From IMG/VR virus record IMGVR_UViG_3300031951_000146, positions 1 to 63,262 of that record: 63,262 nt of DNA. One strand, 5' to 3'. Position numbers and translations under genes: made by a program. How positions within the stretch are numbered: the stretch's first letter is position 1; each line of letters opens with the position of its first letter. The stretch comes from a virus. Its lineage: Duplodnaviria > Caudoviricetes. Shown here in pieces: positions 17,851 to 27,835 of this stretch. The notes beneath the pieces are model-generated. The model saw nothing but the letters and a program-made list of their open reading frames with translations. It was not told the DNA's origin and ran no database searches.

Positions 17851-20800
17851 TTAAAGGTTGTCGAGAGATACCTGACGACGCGGTTGCATCTCAGCCATCA
17901 CTTGCCTAATCTCAGCCAGTCGTCGCTCCATCTGAGCTTGCCGCTCGGCTCGTGCTGCTCGGGTGGCTCCCCTCATCCGGTTGAGTTCCGTCTGGATGGC
18001 GTCAGCCCCCCACGAGTCTCCGAGGATGAGTGGCTTGAACTCCGCCGTTCCTTGGGCAATAGCTCGGGCGTTGTCCTCTCGGACATTGCCGTTCTTCAAA
18101 GCCGTTTGGATACCCGTCCGGATAGCAGACTCAGACAACCCTGCCATACGTCCAGCATACCGAGCACCTCGAACTGCCGTTCCAAGTTCATTGAACGCTT
18201 CAGCCTCTGCGTCGATGACATCTTGGAGTTGAGCTTTGATCTTATCCTTCGAGATATCATCGGTCGAGGATAGAATCTCTTTGAGAGACTCGACCCCAAC
18301 GCGGGAATCCTTGGAGTAAGCAAACTCAGCTTGCTGTTGGATGTTGAGGAACGGGTTGTGGATGTTGACCGGGGCTCGGACGTTCAAAGCCAAAGCCATC
18401 AAGGGAGCACCAAACGTTTCGGGATTTGCTTCCTCCAATTGATTCTGGCGAAGCGGACCTTTAAACAGCGCAGGCATGAACAACTGCCACGATGCGTTCG
18501 ATATACTTGAGGCCCTGTCACGGTCGATGAAGGGAAGGTAGTCCATCGTCTCCACGATGTAGTCGTGAAGCCACTTGGCATCGTTCTCCATCGCCCGAGG
18601 CATCGGGGTTCCTTGTACCGTGCGGATGAGAACATCCGACACAGGGCCACCTCCGGCGAACTGAGAGCTTAGGTTAGACCACGCACCCGCCACAGCCTTC
18701 TCTGCCCCTTCTGTATCTCCCTTGGCGAGGGCAACAAACCCTTCGACAGTTGCTCGAATCACGGAGTGAGTAGAGTCAAGTGGGTTGAGTCGTCCGATGT
18801 CCGTGTAGATCACAGTGCCGTCATCTTCCACTCGGACAATCATGGGCTGCTGACCTTGCTCAAGGAAGGGCAAGGACTCAAAGAAAGCCCGAGCATCCGG
18901 GTCTTCGTCATCCTCCCCAATCCAACCCATCGCCTCTGCTGCTGCGGTTAGACCATAGGTGCCGAGAGCGTAGGCCATCGAAGACCCTGCGATCTTCTTC
19001 AAGCCGTACTTGGCAAGCTCGGTGTTACCTGAGCGGATTCCTTCGATGGCTTGGCGGGCTCCGGAGGAGGCGCTGTACCAGCTTGTTGCCAACACCTGCT
19101 GCATGTAGCCAGCCACGTAGGAGACACCCAGAGTTTCGGTGGCCTTGACAATCTCCGGTACTCGGGAGTAGGTCAGGTTCAGACGGTTGGTTTCCTCGGC
19201 AGCAAGCCGCTTGATGTCCGTCTCGGAAAGATCGGGGTAAATCTTCCGCATAGTCTCCTTGGCGTTGAGATAGTTCCAAATCTTCGGGAACGTTTCAAGT
19301 ACCGCAGAACCTTCAAGCCCTGTATCCCAGATGTTTGTAAAGAAACTCTTAGTTGCGGTCCCGACGTTTCCGAGGACACGCACCCGCCGCATAGCCCGAG
19401 CTTCTTTGGTACGCTGGTTGATGACATCCTGAGCTTGGGTCAACACTGGGTCGATGATCCCCATCTCCAGAACTTCAAGCACCAAGGGATCAGTGCTGTC
19501 GGATCGGAACCCTGAACCCACCAACTTCCACGCAACCTTCGCCGCCTTGTCGGAGTTCTTCGGAGAGAAGTTCCCGTTGATGAGCGGGAAGGCAACCATG
19601 TTCGCGGTGTTGCTCAAGAACGTGTACAGGTTGGTCACAATACCCATGAGCTTCTGATAACGGGTGATTGCTGCCAGCGTGTTGAGTGTAATCTCACCAC
19701 CCCTGCGACCAAGACGACCCGGATCAATCGGCTTACCAAACAGAAGGGCAGTGCCCATTTCCATCTGGCCTGCAATCAAGCCGAAGGTTCCTTCGTCCGT
19801 GTACTTGCCTGCGAGCTGACCATAGGCCACCGGGTTGTTCGGAATCTGAGAGGTCTTGCCCGAGTCGGCATCGTACTTGTCGGAGAACGCCTCCGGGGTT
19901 GTCTCAGCTAGCAGGTTGCTTGCCTTCAAACCAGAGAGCAAGGTAGCCATCCGCTGAGAGGTGTTCACCAGATTGAGGATCGGGTCACCAACCTCACCCC
20001 ACACCTTGAGGATTTCTTCGGGGATAGACGAGCGACTCTTCAACGGGTTGTCATTGGACCGCAGGCCACGGTAGTATTGAGCAAGAGAAGACATACCCTT
20101 ACCCACGCCCATGATCTCTTGGACAACTCGACGGGCTTCCGCTCCAATGTCCTTGTCCGCTGCCTTGGAGAACTTATCGAGGGCCTCGATCATGTCTTGC
20201 TTGGTGCGACCTTGGCTGGAGCCGATGTAGTTCTCGTACATACGACGAAGCTGGTTGCCCGTGAACGTGTCCTCCGGGGAAAACTGCGCCCTTCCCGAGG
20301 ACAAGTCTGCTGCCTCTTGACGAGCTGCTTCAAGAACGGAGGGAAGTTCCGTGATCTCTTTGGTCAGCCTGTTCAAAAGGGGTTGGACTGTAGCCACCGC
20401 TTCGGGCACGCCCTTGGTAAAGTTGTTCCACACCTCATCGGCGTACTTCTTTTCCAAGTCGGACATGTACGAACGGGACACATACTTGCCAATCTGGGAT
20501 TTGATAGTTTTCAGTTTAGAGACAACACTCTCAGGCATGTCACGTCCTCTGTAGGAGCGTGCCACCTCGTCGCCAATCTCCATCGAGAACTTGTCGATTA
20601 CCCGACGACCTTCCCTTACCGAATCGGCAACCCTCTCCCTGATCTCTGGCGATATGACCTTAGAGTCCTCAATCTTCATCTCTCCTTTCAAGACCTTGTT
20701 GACATCATCAACAATAGCTTGGAAGTTGGGACGACCTTTCAGGGCTCTAAGTGTGTCTCGAAGACGGTTGATCGCCGGAGTCACCTCAGCATCCATTCGC

Positions 20801-23800
20801 TCTTTGACACCCCCGAGATAGCTCATCGCCTCGGCGGTGGGCTTGGTAGCCCCTCGCTTAGAGGAGAAGAGTCGGCTCAGGTAGTAGTCGAACTTGCGGG
20901 CGTAGTGTCCTGTCGTGGAGAAAGGACTGGTTCGCTTTTGGATTTGACGGGTGAGCAAAGAGGTGTCCTCGCCGAGGACTTGGCGACGGGCTTGGGCTAC
21001 GTCAGGCTTAGTGGGAGTTGCTACCGAGCGGTTGACTTCATTGGAGGTGGTCCTATCCCTAGCTGTGTCTCCACCCCGCTCCGCGTTCACGGTGTTGACC
21101 GCATCCACAATGGCATAGGCAGCGTCCAGCACCTCATCAAGCGCGGACTTCTGGCTACGGGGCGCCCCAATCAAAACTCGAATGGTGTTAACCCACCGCT
21201 TAAAGAAGCCCTCTTTCTTCATCGCGCTTTGAACAAGCGGATTAGTCATCGCTCCTGAGTGAAACTCGTACAAGTTTTCAGTGGCATAGTCAACCGCCTC
21301 AGCTTCGTCTCGGGTCAAGTCCTTTCGGTCAGCCTTACGAACCTCATTGCGAATGCTCTCATAGTTCTTAACTGCCTTGGCAATACGCTCATCCTTCTCA
21401 GTGCCGTTGAGAACCTCGCGAATAGCCTTGGTTCCTTTGGCGTGGACAATCTCGTGAAGGGTTGTCTCAACCGACTTGGTGCCGTCTCGACCAGCGTATC
21501 CGTCACCCGTGATAACAACGCTTTGTTTACCCGTGGCGTTATCAACTTCGTGAAGTCCCTTGGTGTACTTGTCAATTCCGATGCCTTCCTTGACTCGACG
21601 CTGGGCTTCGGTGGTAGCTTCCGTCTCGGGTTGGAGGAGTTTGAACTCCACATCCTTCATGTCCTCGGTAGAGAGCACTTGGATCAAGCGGTCGTACCGC
21701 TCGATGTTCGGATTCTCACCACGAGCCACAGCAGCGCGCACACCCGCAAGAGCATCCCAAGCCGTCTTGGCCCGACCAAGAGCCGCACGAAGCGGAGTAA
21801 CTCGACGCTGTTCGGGAGGAACAGTTCGGTTAGCAATAGTAGCAGCCACTGCTTCGAGTCGAGGGTCAACCGAGCGGTTGGTCAGGTTGTTGGCTTGATC
21901 TTGCTGGACAGCCGCCGTCTGCTCAGGCGTAGCTCCCGAGAAGAAACTCTCCACCTCCCTCCGACGAGTATCCTCCGGAGACACTGCCGCCTCTACAACC
22001 GTCTCCATCTGACCCGTCTCGGGGTTGATGACTTGCTCAGTTACGGTACGCTGCTGGGAGACACGCTCAGCCCGCGTGAGCGGGGCTGTGGGGGCCGTCT
22101 GGGGAAGAGGAGCGGGGGTAGTACCGCCCTTAGCTTGCTCTCTCTTAGAGAGTCTGTCAAAGCGTCCAAGAGTGAACTCGGCTTCTCGGACTCGGAGGCT
22201 TGCTGCTTCCGCCCGATCAAGTACATCTTGAGGTACAGGCTGATCGGCCTTGTTGAACTTGGTGACCTCATTCCGAGCCTTGGTCAAATCAGATTTGGCA
22301 ATCTTCAGGTCTTCTGCGTAGACACTACGAGCACGTTCTTGACGCGCCTTGGCCTCCCCTGTCTCGCCAAGATCACGCATCTCCTTGACGGGTTTCCCTT
22401 GCGGTTTCCCAAACGGAAGCTCCATAGTTGGGCCACCGAGGGGGGCTTGAGCTACTGGTTGCGTAGTCGGGGCTGAGGCTGCTACAGAGGCAGTCTCTGG
22501 CTTTTTAGTACTGGGTTGAGAAGTTAGAGATTGCAAGGCCCCTTGAAGCTGGGCCATCTGAGATTCCAATTGCTGCTTTTCTACTCGTTGCTTTCGCGTC
22601 AGTCCACCATCTTTACCCCTCGGGGTGATAGAATCGAGAGCTTCCTGAGTGGTAGAAAGTGCGCCCTGAACCTGAGCAATCCTTTGATTTACTGCCTCAT
22701 CTTCTGGACGGAAAGTAAGGCCAAGATCAGCGGGCATCTGCTCGGGAAGGGCAAGCTCTCCTTGAAAGGGCTCAGGAATCTCAGCGGACTTGGCTACTGG
22801 AGTCGTCTTTGTTGCTGGGCGTGGGCGAGAAAGCTCCGCAATCTGAGCCTCGATAAGCCTCTGGGCAATGGCATTATCTCGGTATTGCGGAGTGCTCTTC
22901 AGATAATCTAACTCTGCAATCCGAAGACCCACTGCTTCGTCTTGCTTAACCTTTCTCGCCTGCTCAATTTCGGCTCGAACAAAACCAGCCTCCCGTTCTA
23001 GGCGAGCCGCACGCCCTTGCTCCGCAGTGACTTGCTCTTGCTCGCGACGAGATTCAGGATCAAGAGCGGGGCGAGTCTCGCCAGAGAACAGGTCGACGAT
23101 GGTTGGCTCTGGCTCGGGGAGTCCGAGAGATGCTTGCCGATCACCAACAACTGGGCGATTAGTCGGGCCAAGGAACAGCCCTGTCTCGCCAACAGCTTGC
23201 TGTGGACGAGCAACCGGACCGAGAACTGGGCGGGTATCTTCGAGGCCGAGGGCCTCTTGAGCCGGGGCTCTCTCTTCAACCTTCGGTTGCCCGGACTTCC
23301 GATTGAGAGCTTTCTCGGTCAGCTTGTTGAGTTCGGCGATAGCCAGTTCGGCTTGGCGAACAGAGTCTTGCTGCTGGGCAGCCTCGATACCCCGAGCCAC
23401 TTCCGCATCGCGCATAGCCGCAAGATCGCGGGCAGCATCACTCAGCTTAGGAGCCGGGCGAGTACCAAACGCAGCACCCATCAAAGCACCCAGACCCGCA
23501 GCAGTGGTCAGGTTGGTCGGATCGGTAAGATCACGCTGAGCAGCAAGCTCTTCGGGAAGGAGGGGGTTGACTGCACCTTGGACACCCGCTTCAGCGGCTA
23601 CACCGCCGACAGCGCCGGTGGCTGCTCGCTTAGCTAGATTACCGCGTGCGGAGATTGGAAGGCCAGCTGTGAGCATGGTGCCGAGGGTGTCAGCTGCACC
23701 AGCAACAGTTGCCTCTAGTGGAGTTGCTCCCGCTGCCTCTGCTTCCGCAGAAGTCTGAGCACCAAGACGAGGGGCCAGTAGAGAGGTAGCCGCAGCGCCC

Positions 23801-24435
23801 TCGCGCGTCTGACGCAGAGCGAACTCAGCGGCAGTCTCCGCGCCTTCGTTGAGGAGGGTAGTACCCGCTCGGGTGCCTTGGCGGATCAGACCTCCGCCTA
23901 CCAGAGTTTCAGGAATCATACCAGCAGCAGAGCCTGCCCCAAAGGCAACCTGCTCTGCCGTAGACATCTCCCCTAGACCTTGGCGAAGATTCTCCGATAT
24001 TTGTCGGGACTCTTCCAAGCGATTACGGTAGCGAGGCTCACGACCAACCAGCCCAGCCTCGGCCCACTCAATGGCGTTCTGAACCGGATCAACAACAGTG
24101 GCACCAATAAAACTGCCGGCCTGCTGAAGCTGGTCAAGAATGCCTGTACCGCCTGCCTCTGCCAAACTGCCGAGGGTCGTCTCGTCGGCGGAGGGGGGAG
24201 TTGCCGGGAGGGGCGCTGGTCGGTTGGCAACCTCGGCACGTTGTACTGCCTCTCGTTGCCTTTCATCAATCTGCTCTTGGGTGAGATTGACCGACGATGG
24301 GTTAGCGGCATTGACCCGCAGAGCTTGTTCGCCCTGTTCACGGGCAAGGAGAAACTCAATCTCCGCTGCCGCTTCATTGTCCCCAGCCGCACGAGCACGA
24401 GCCAGAGCCTGCTGGATTTGTTCAATACGGGTCAT
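17851..24435 (-). CDS. Large internal virion/DNA-ejection polyvalent protein (2194 aa) with HExxH motif
   Basis: Size, position, Ala/Gly-rich N-terminal helices, TLHEIVH. Confidence 0.7.
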   Translation of the reverse strand: MTRIEQIQQALARARAAGDNEAAAEIEFLLAREQGEQALRVNAANPSSVNLTQEQIDERQREAVQRAEVANRPAPLPATPPSADETTLGSLAEAGGTGILDQLQQAGSFIGATVVDPVQNAIEWAEAGLVGREPRYRNRLEESRQISENLRQGLGEMSTAEQVAFGAGSAAGMIPETLVGGGLIRQGTRAGTTLLNEGAETAAEFALRQTREGAAATSLLAPRLGAQTSAEAEAAGATPLEATVAGAADTLGTMLTAGLPISARGNLAKRAATGAVGGVAAEAGVQGAVNPLLPEELAAQRDLTDPTNLTTAAGLGALMGAAFGTRPAPKLSDAARDLAAMRDAEVARGIEAAQQQDSVRQAELAIAELNKLTEKALNRKSGQPKVEERAPAQEALGLEDTRPVLGPVARPQQAVGETGLFLGPTNRPVVGDRQASLGLPEPEPTIVDLFSGETRPALDPESRREQEQVTAEQGRAARLEREAGFVRAEIEQARKVKQDEAVGLRIAELDYLKSTPQYRDNAIAQRLIEAQIAELSRPRPATKTTPVAKSAEIPEPFQGELALPEQMPADLGLTFRPEDEAVNQRIAQVQGALSTTQEALDSITPRGKDGGLTRKQRVEKQQLESQMAQLQGALQSLTSQPSTKKPETASVAASAPTTQPVAQAPLGGPTMELPFGKPQGKPVKEMRDLGETGEAKARQERARSVYAEDLKIAKSDLTKARNEVTKFNKADQPVPQDVLDRAEAASLRVREAEFTLGRFDRLSKREQAKGGTTPAPLPQTAPTAPLTRAERVSQQRTVTEQVINPETGQMETVVEAAVSPEDTRRREVESFFSGATPEQTAAVQQDQANNLTNRSVDPRLEAVAATIANRTVPPEQRRVTPLRAALGRAKTAWDALAGVRAAVARGENPNIERYDRLIQVLSTEDMKDVEFKLLQPETEATTEAQRRVKEGIGIDKYTKGLHEVDNATGKQSVVITGDGYAGRDGTKSVETTLHEIVHAKGTKAIREVLNGTEKDERIAKAVKNYESIRNEVRKADRKDLTRDEAEAVDYATENLYEFHSGAMTNPLVQSAMKKEGFFKRWVNTIRVLIGAPRSQKSALDEVLDAAYAIVDAVNTVNAERGGDTARDRTTSNEVNRSVATPTKPDVAQARRQVLGEDTSLLTRQIQKRTSPFSTTGHYARKFDYYLSRLFSSKRGATKPTAEAMSYLGGVKERMDAEVTPAINRLRDTLRALKGRPNFQAIVDDVNKVLKGEMKIEDSKVISPEIRERVADSVREGRRVIDKFSMEIGDEVARSYRGRDMPESVVSKLKTIKSQIGKYVSRSYMSDLEKKYADEVWNNFTKGVPEAVATVQPLLNRLTKEITELPSVLEAARQEAADLSSGRAQFSPEDTFTGNQLRRMYENYIGSSQGRTKQDMIEALDKFSKAADKDIGAEARRVVQEIMGVGKGMSSLAQYYRGLRSNDNPLKSRSSIPEEILKVWGEVGDPILNLVNTSQRMATLLSGLKASNLLAETTPEAFSDKYDADSGKTSQIPNNPVAYGQLAGKYTDEGTFGLIAGQMEMGTALLFGKPIDPGRLGRRGGEITLNTLAAITRYQKLMGIVTNLYTFLSNTANMVAFPLINGNFSPKNSDKAAKVAWKLVGSGFRSDSTDPLVLEVLEMGIIDPVLTQAQDVINQRTKEARAMRRVRVLGNVGTATKSFFTNIWDTGLEGSAVLETFPKIWNYLNAKETMRKIYPDLSETDIKRLAAEETNRLNLTYSRVPEIVKATETLGVSYVAGYMQQVLATSWYSASSGARQAIEGIRSGNTELAKYGLKKIAGSSMAYALGTYGLTAAAEAMGWIGEDDEDPDARAFFESLPFLEQGQQPMIVRVEDDGTVIYTDIGRLNPLDSTHSVIRATVEGFVALAKGDTEGAEKAVAGAWSNLSSQFAGGGPVSDVLIRTVQGTPMPRAMENDAKWLHDYIVETMDYLPFIDRDRASSISNASWQLFMPALFKGPLRQNQLEEANPETFGAPLMALALNVRAPVNIHNPFLNIQQQAEFAYSKDSRVGVESLKEILSSTDDISKDKIKAQLQDVIDAEAEAFNELGTAVRGARYAGRMAGLSESAIRTGIQTALKNGNVREDNARAIAQGTAEFKPLILGDSWGADAIQTELNRMRGATRAARAERQAQMERRLAEIRQVMAEMQPRRQVSLDNL

Positions 24436-24457
24436 TTAGTTCCTCTCGTTGTGTGTT

Positions 24458-25087
24458 TTACTGTTGAAAGAAGCTATCCGGCAAGAAGCGCCTAGCGGCA
24501 CCCAGCCCTTTTTGAAGGGTCTGCGCGTTTTGTCCCATGCGCTCCGCTCTTCCGGGGAAAGCTCGTTGAGCAATGTCCTCTGAGAACATTTGAGCGACAC
24601 GCTCTTCGGCCTGAGCGGCAGAAAGTTTTTCTTGCCGCATCAGAGTCTCTACCATCCGACGGGCTGCATCAATATCTTTCTGGTTTGCACCTTGAGGCTT
24701 GGCAAGAGAGCCGCCGCTACTAGATGCCGGGGAGCGCATCGCCTCTACCCGTGCGCGAGACTCTTCAACAAGAGACATGCGGTACGGATCATTAGCTTCT
24801 CGCGCTGCTTGAGCAGCGTCTCGTTCAAGCTGGAACGACTGCTGCTGCTTGTTCTCCTTCATCCGGTAGTTACGATCTTCGGCACGAAGGCCCTTCTCGA
24901 ACTCCATCTTTTGTGCTTGCATCCGCTCCTCGTAGGAACGACGAGCTTTCTCTCGCTTCTCCTCCGCGATGCGGGCAGCTTCATCTCGTTGAGTTTGGTA
25001 TTTGTTCTGTTGCATCCCGCGAAGGGAGTCAACCGCTAGGCCAAACGATTGCTGGCTAAGACCAGCCCACGCATCACCCCATCCCAT
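24458..25087 (-). CDS. Putative internal virion protein (coiled coil)
   Basis: GGAGG RBS before MGWGD; Q/E/R-rich helix. Confidence 0.6.
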   Translation of the reverse strand: MGWGDAWAGLSQQSFGLAVDSLRGMQQNKYQTQRDEAARIAEEKREKARRSYEERMQAQKMEFEKGLRAEDRNYRMKENKQQQSFQLERDAAQAAREANDPYRMSLVEESRARVEAMRSPASSSGGSLAKPQGANQKDIDAARRMVETLMRQEKLSAAQAEERVAQMFSEDIAQRAFPGRAERMGQNAQTLQKGLGAARRFLPDSFFQQ

Positions 25088-25583
25088 TAGGCATACCTCC
25101 CATCGGTTGTCCCGGCATTGGAGCCGGGGAAGGCGGAGCGCCGCCACCCTGCTGCTGTTGGGCAAGGATGGCCTCTCGCCGCTTCATCAGTACAGTGGCC
25201 ACTTCATCAATGACCATCTCCTCGAAGTCATCAGGAAGCTCGATACCGTTCGCTTCAGCAACGGCTTCAATATCTTCTTCGGCATTGTCGATAGCCCCAC
25301 CCTCCATCAACCAAACGGTTGGAGTCATCGGGATGTCCGTCTGACCCGATTCGGTCTGAGCCATCTCGATGATCTGGGCAATGATGATAGCCACAGCCTT
25401 CTCCGGCTCAGGGCCAGCAAGAGCGGTGACAAGGGCTTGCTCGCCTTGTTCGGAAAGAAGGCTGGTGGTCAAAAGGGACGATGCAATCTTGAGGTCCGCT
25501 GCCTCCTCGGGGGACAGCTTAGGTCCACTAGCTTCCTTTTCACCCTCCATCTCTTTCATCTTCATCGGTGCTTTACTGAGCAT
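25074..25583 (-). CDS. Acidic virion-module protein
   Basis: Operon packing; RBS. Confidence 0.65.
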   Translation of the reverse strand: MLSKAPMKMKEMEGEKEASGPKLSPEEAADLKIASSLLTTSLLSEQGEQALVTALAGPEPEKAVAIIIAQIIEMAQTESGQTDIPMTPTVWLMEGGAIDNAEEDIEAVAEANGIELPDDFEEMVIDEVATVLMKRREAILAQQQQGGGAPPSPAPMPGQPMGGMPNGMG

Positions 25584-25588
25584 ATGAG

Positions 25589-25999
25589 TTATCGTCCTTG
25601 CATCGGAAGAGTGTTAGAGGGCAGCGGTGCGGCTCCCGCTTGAGGAGCGGTTGGTCCGACGTTGCCAAGACCCGATGTGCGCTGATACACTTCGTCGTTG
25701 GGGACAGGGTTTACCGGGGCGTCGGGAACCTCAACTGCGATCGGGCTATACCCAGACTGGGCCAAGCCCATTTGCTGGCCCATCTTGTCGAAGGCAGCAG
25801 CCCGTCGTGCTCGCTCCTTCTGTAGATTGCGCTCAATCATGTCAGCTTCAAACTGCATTGTACGACGCTGTTCGTAGCCTTGGATGGGCACCATCTCCTT
25901 GTTCGTCATAGCCTCGAACTCACTTTGAGCCTTGGCGCTCTTCGATGCTTTCCGTGCGGAGTACACTCCAACCACGGTGCTTGCAATCCAAACTTCCAA
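25589..25999 (-). CDS. Putative internal virion protein
   Basis: AAGGAGG RBS with TTG start; N-terminus typical of ejection proteins. Confidence 0.55.
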   Translation of the reverse strand: MEVWIASTVVGVYSARKASKSAKAQSEFEAMTNKEMVPIQGYEQRRTMQFEADMIERNLQKERARRAAAFDKMGQQMGLAQSGYSPIAVEVPDAPVNPVPNDEVYQRTSGLGNVGPTAPQAGAAPLPSNTLPMQGR

Positions 26000-26015
26000 T
26001 CTACACCTCCTTAGT

Positions 26016-26246
26016 CTATACGGCCACAGGCTCGTAGCCCAAGGCGTTGATGATCTTGAATACGATCTCTCGAATCTCGTCCGTTGTTTCCTCGGGGAAC
26101 GAAAGAAACGCCTTATCTTCTTGGTGGTTAAAGTACACGTTGTACGTCACCCCACTCTCGTGTCTAAGAGCAATCATGTCGCCCTGCTGGTTAAGGCGCT
26201 GGTCGTAGTCATCCTCTATCTCTTCCCAATCACAAAGCCTAATCAT
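26016..26246 (-). CDS. Small acidic hypothetical protein
   Basis: AAGGAG RBS before MIRLCDW. Confidence 0.55.
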   Translation of the reverse strand: MIRLCDWEEIEDDYDQRLNQQGDMIALRHESGVTYNVYFNHQEDKAFLSFPEETTDEIREIVFKIINALGYEPVAV

Positions 26247-26832
26247 TGATTGATTCTCCTTTGATATTGAAGAACACAACACACACGATACGCGGCTCCA
26301 TCTCAGCAGTCAGTGGCAAGTCTTTCGGATAGCGGGAGTGAAAGAGTTGACTGTCAAACAGAACTGCCCGGTTGGCTTTAGCCTCGGCGTACTCCAACTT
26401 GGTCCACTTATCCTCATCCCGAGTGTCCTTGTCCACAGCATCCCACAAGTCTTTGGGAGGAGGCCAAGGCATACGATCCATGTTCGTCTCGTTGTGTAGC
26501 CAGAACTGAGTCCCCGTCTCACACTCGGGTTCATTCAAGTACCACACACAGGCATACTTGCAAGCTGCGTTGTCTGCGTGGATGTAGTTAGTGAGAGGTG
26601 TGTTCTCATTCCCCATACGAACGTGGGACATTGTGAACTCCACCTCTTTGCCCATATGCCTTTCGATGTGCTTCTTGATGGGAAGGGTGAGGCCAGCAAC
26701 CCCGAGATATGTCTTACCCGCGAACTCGTACTCAGTGAAGTCCACCCCGTATATCAAAGATCGAACAGTTTTGTAGAACTCCGGAGGAGTAAACTCGTCA
26801 ATGATTTTGATAAAGCGGGGTGGGGTGGTCAC
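26239..26832 (-). CDS. 2OG-Fe(II) oxygenase (DUF6445-like)
   Basis: IHAD (HxD), VWYLN, GTQFW, NRAVLFDSQLFHSR (distal His). Confidence 0.8.
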   Translation of the reverse strand: MTTPPRFIKIIDEFTPPEFYKTVRSLIYGVDFTEYEFAGKTYLGVAGLTLPIKKHIERHMGKEVEFTMSHVRMGNENTPLTNYIHADNAACKYACVWYLNEPECETGTQFWLHNETNMDRMPWPPPKDLWDAVDKDTRDEDKWTKLEYAEAKANRAVLFDSQLFHSRYPKDLPLTAEMEPRIVCVVFFNIKGESIND

Positions 26833-26836
26833 TTAG

Positions 26837-27787
26837 TTATCCTCGTTGTGGTCCGTAGACAGATCGGAAGGTTGTCATGAACTGCGGCATGAACGACTGA
26901 CCGAACCCCAGAATAGTCTGTCGCCGGACAGGGTCTTGATAGATTTCTGGGTTGTTAACATAGTCGTCTGCCACGTTATTGTAGAAGTTGTTCATCACAT
27001 TCAAACCTGCTCCGAACTGAGCAAGCTGCATTTGACGCTGCATGTCCCGCTGACCTTCAAGGGAGTTGTAGTAGTCCTGAGCACCCATCCGACCAATGTC
27101 AAACTGGAATCCCTGCTGGCCGAGCGCGCTCTGGAAATTGAACCCTTGCTGACCACGAGTTAGGTCAGCGCCCAGTCCAAACTGAGCAAGCCACTGCTGC
27201 TGACCCCTATCAAGCCCCTGCTGCTCGCCCGAGAAGGCAAGGTTCTCACGCTGGCGCTGGAGATCGAGAGCCATTTGCTCACGGGCAAGCTGAGCTTGGA
27301 GCCCTGCTTGGATGCCTGCTCCCGCTTGGCGTCGGCCTTCAAGAGTCTGTTGATTAAGGATGTCTCGCTCTTGCATCAAGCCTCGGTTAAGGGCATCCAT
27401 ATTCTCAGCCTGAGTGCGACCGAAGGTAGCTGCATCAGCTTGGGCAATCGGCATGGCTGATTCGAGGGCACTTCGCTCAGCACTACCAGAGGCGATGGAC
27501 GAGTTAAGAAGTCCTCGACGGTTAGCCGTCTCCAAGCCACGCCTTGCGGCGTTTTGCATGTAGGCTCCGCCTCGGTTCATCAACCCTTGCATCTGGTTCT
27601 GGACAAGTTCGTTGCCCGTTACATTCCGGGTGTACGCTCGATTGTCCGTGCCTTGGATTCCTCGGGCTTGAGATTGTCGGGGTGGTGCTACCTGCTGATA
27701 CAGGCCCTGACTCCCTAGAGTACCTGCCGTACCCCACTGGGAGTTAGAGCCTGAGTTACTGTTGAAATTGCTGTCGACCAATTCCAT
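26837..27787 (-). CDS. Gln/Gly-rich putative DNA-ejection (pilot) protein
   Basis: Amide-rich helical composition; RRGLLNSS motif; follows the tail gene. Confidence 0.6.
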   Translation of the reverse strand: MELVDSNFNSNSGSNSQWGTAGTLGSQGLYQQVAPPRQSQARGIQGTDNRAYTRNVTGNELVQNQMQGLMNRGGAYMQNAARRGLETANRRGLLNSSIASGSAERSALESAMPIAQADAATFGRTQAENMDALNRGLMQERDILNQQTLEGRRQAGAGIQAGLQAQLAREQMALDLQRQRENLAFSGEQQGLDRGQQQWLAQFGLGADLTRGQQGFNFQSALGQQGFQFDIGRMGAQDYYNSLEGQRDMQRQMQLAQFGAGLNVMNNFYNNVADDYVNNPEIYQDPVRRQTILGFGQSFMPQFMTTFRSVYGPQRG

Positions 27788-27835
27788 AGTCTCGGTTTCT
27801 CCTTGGATGTTCTTGGGTTGGAGAAAGGGGACGCA

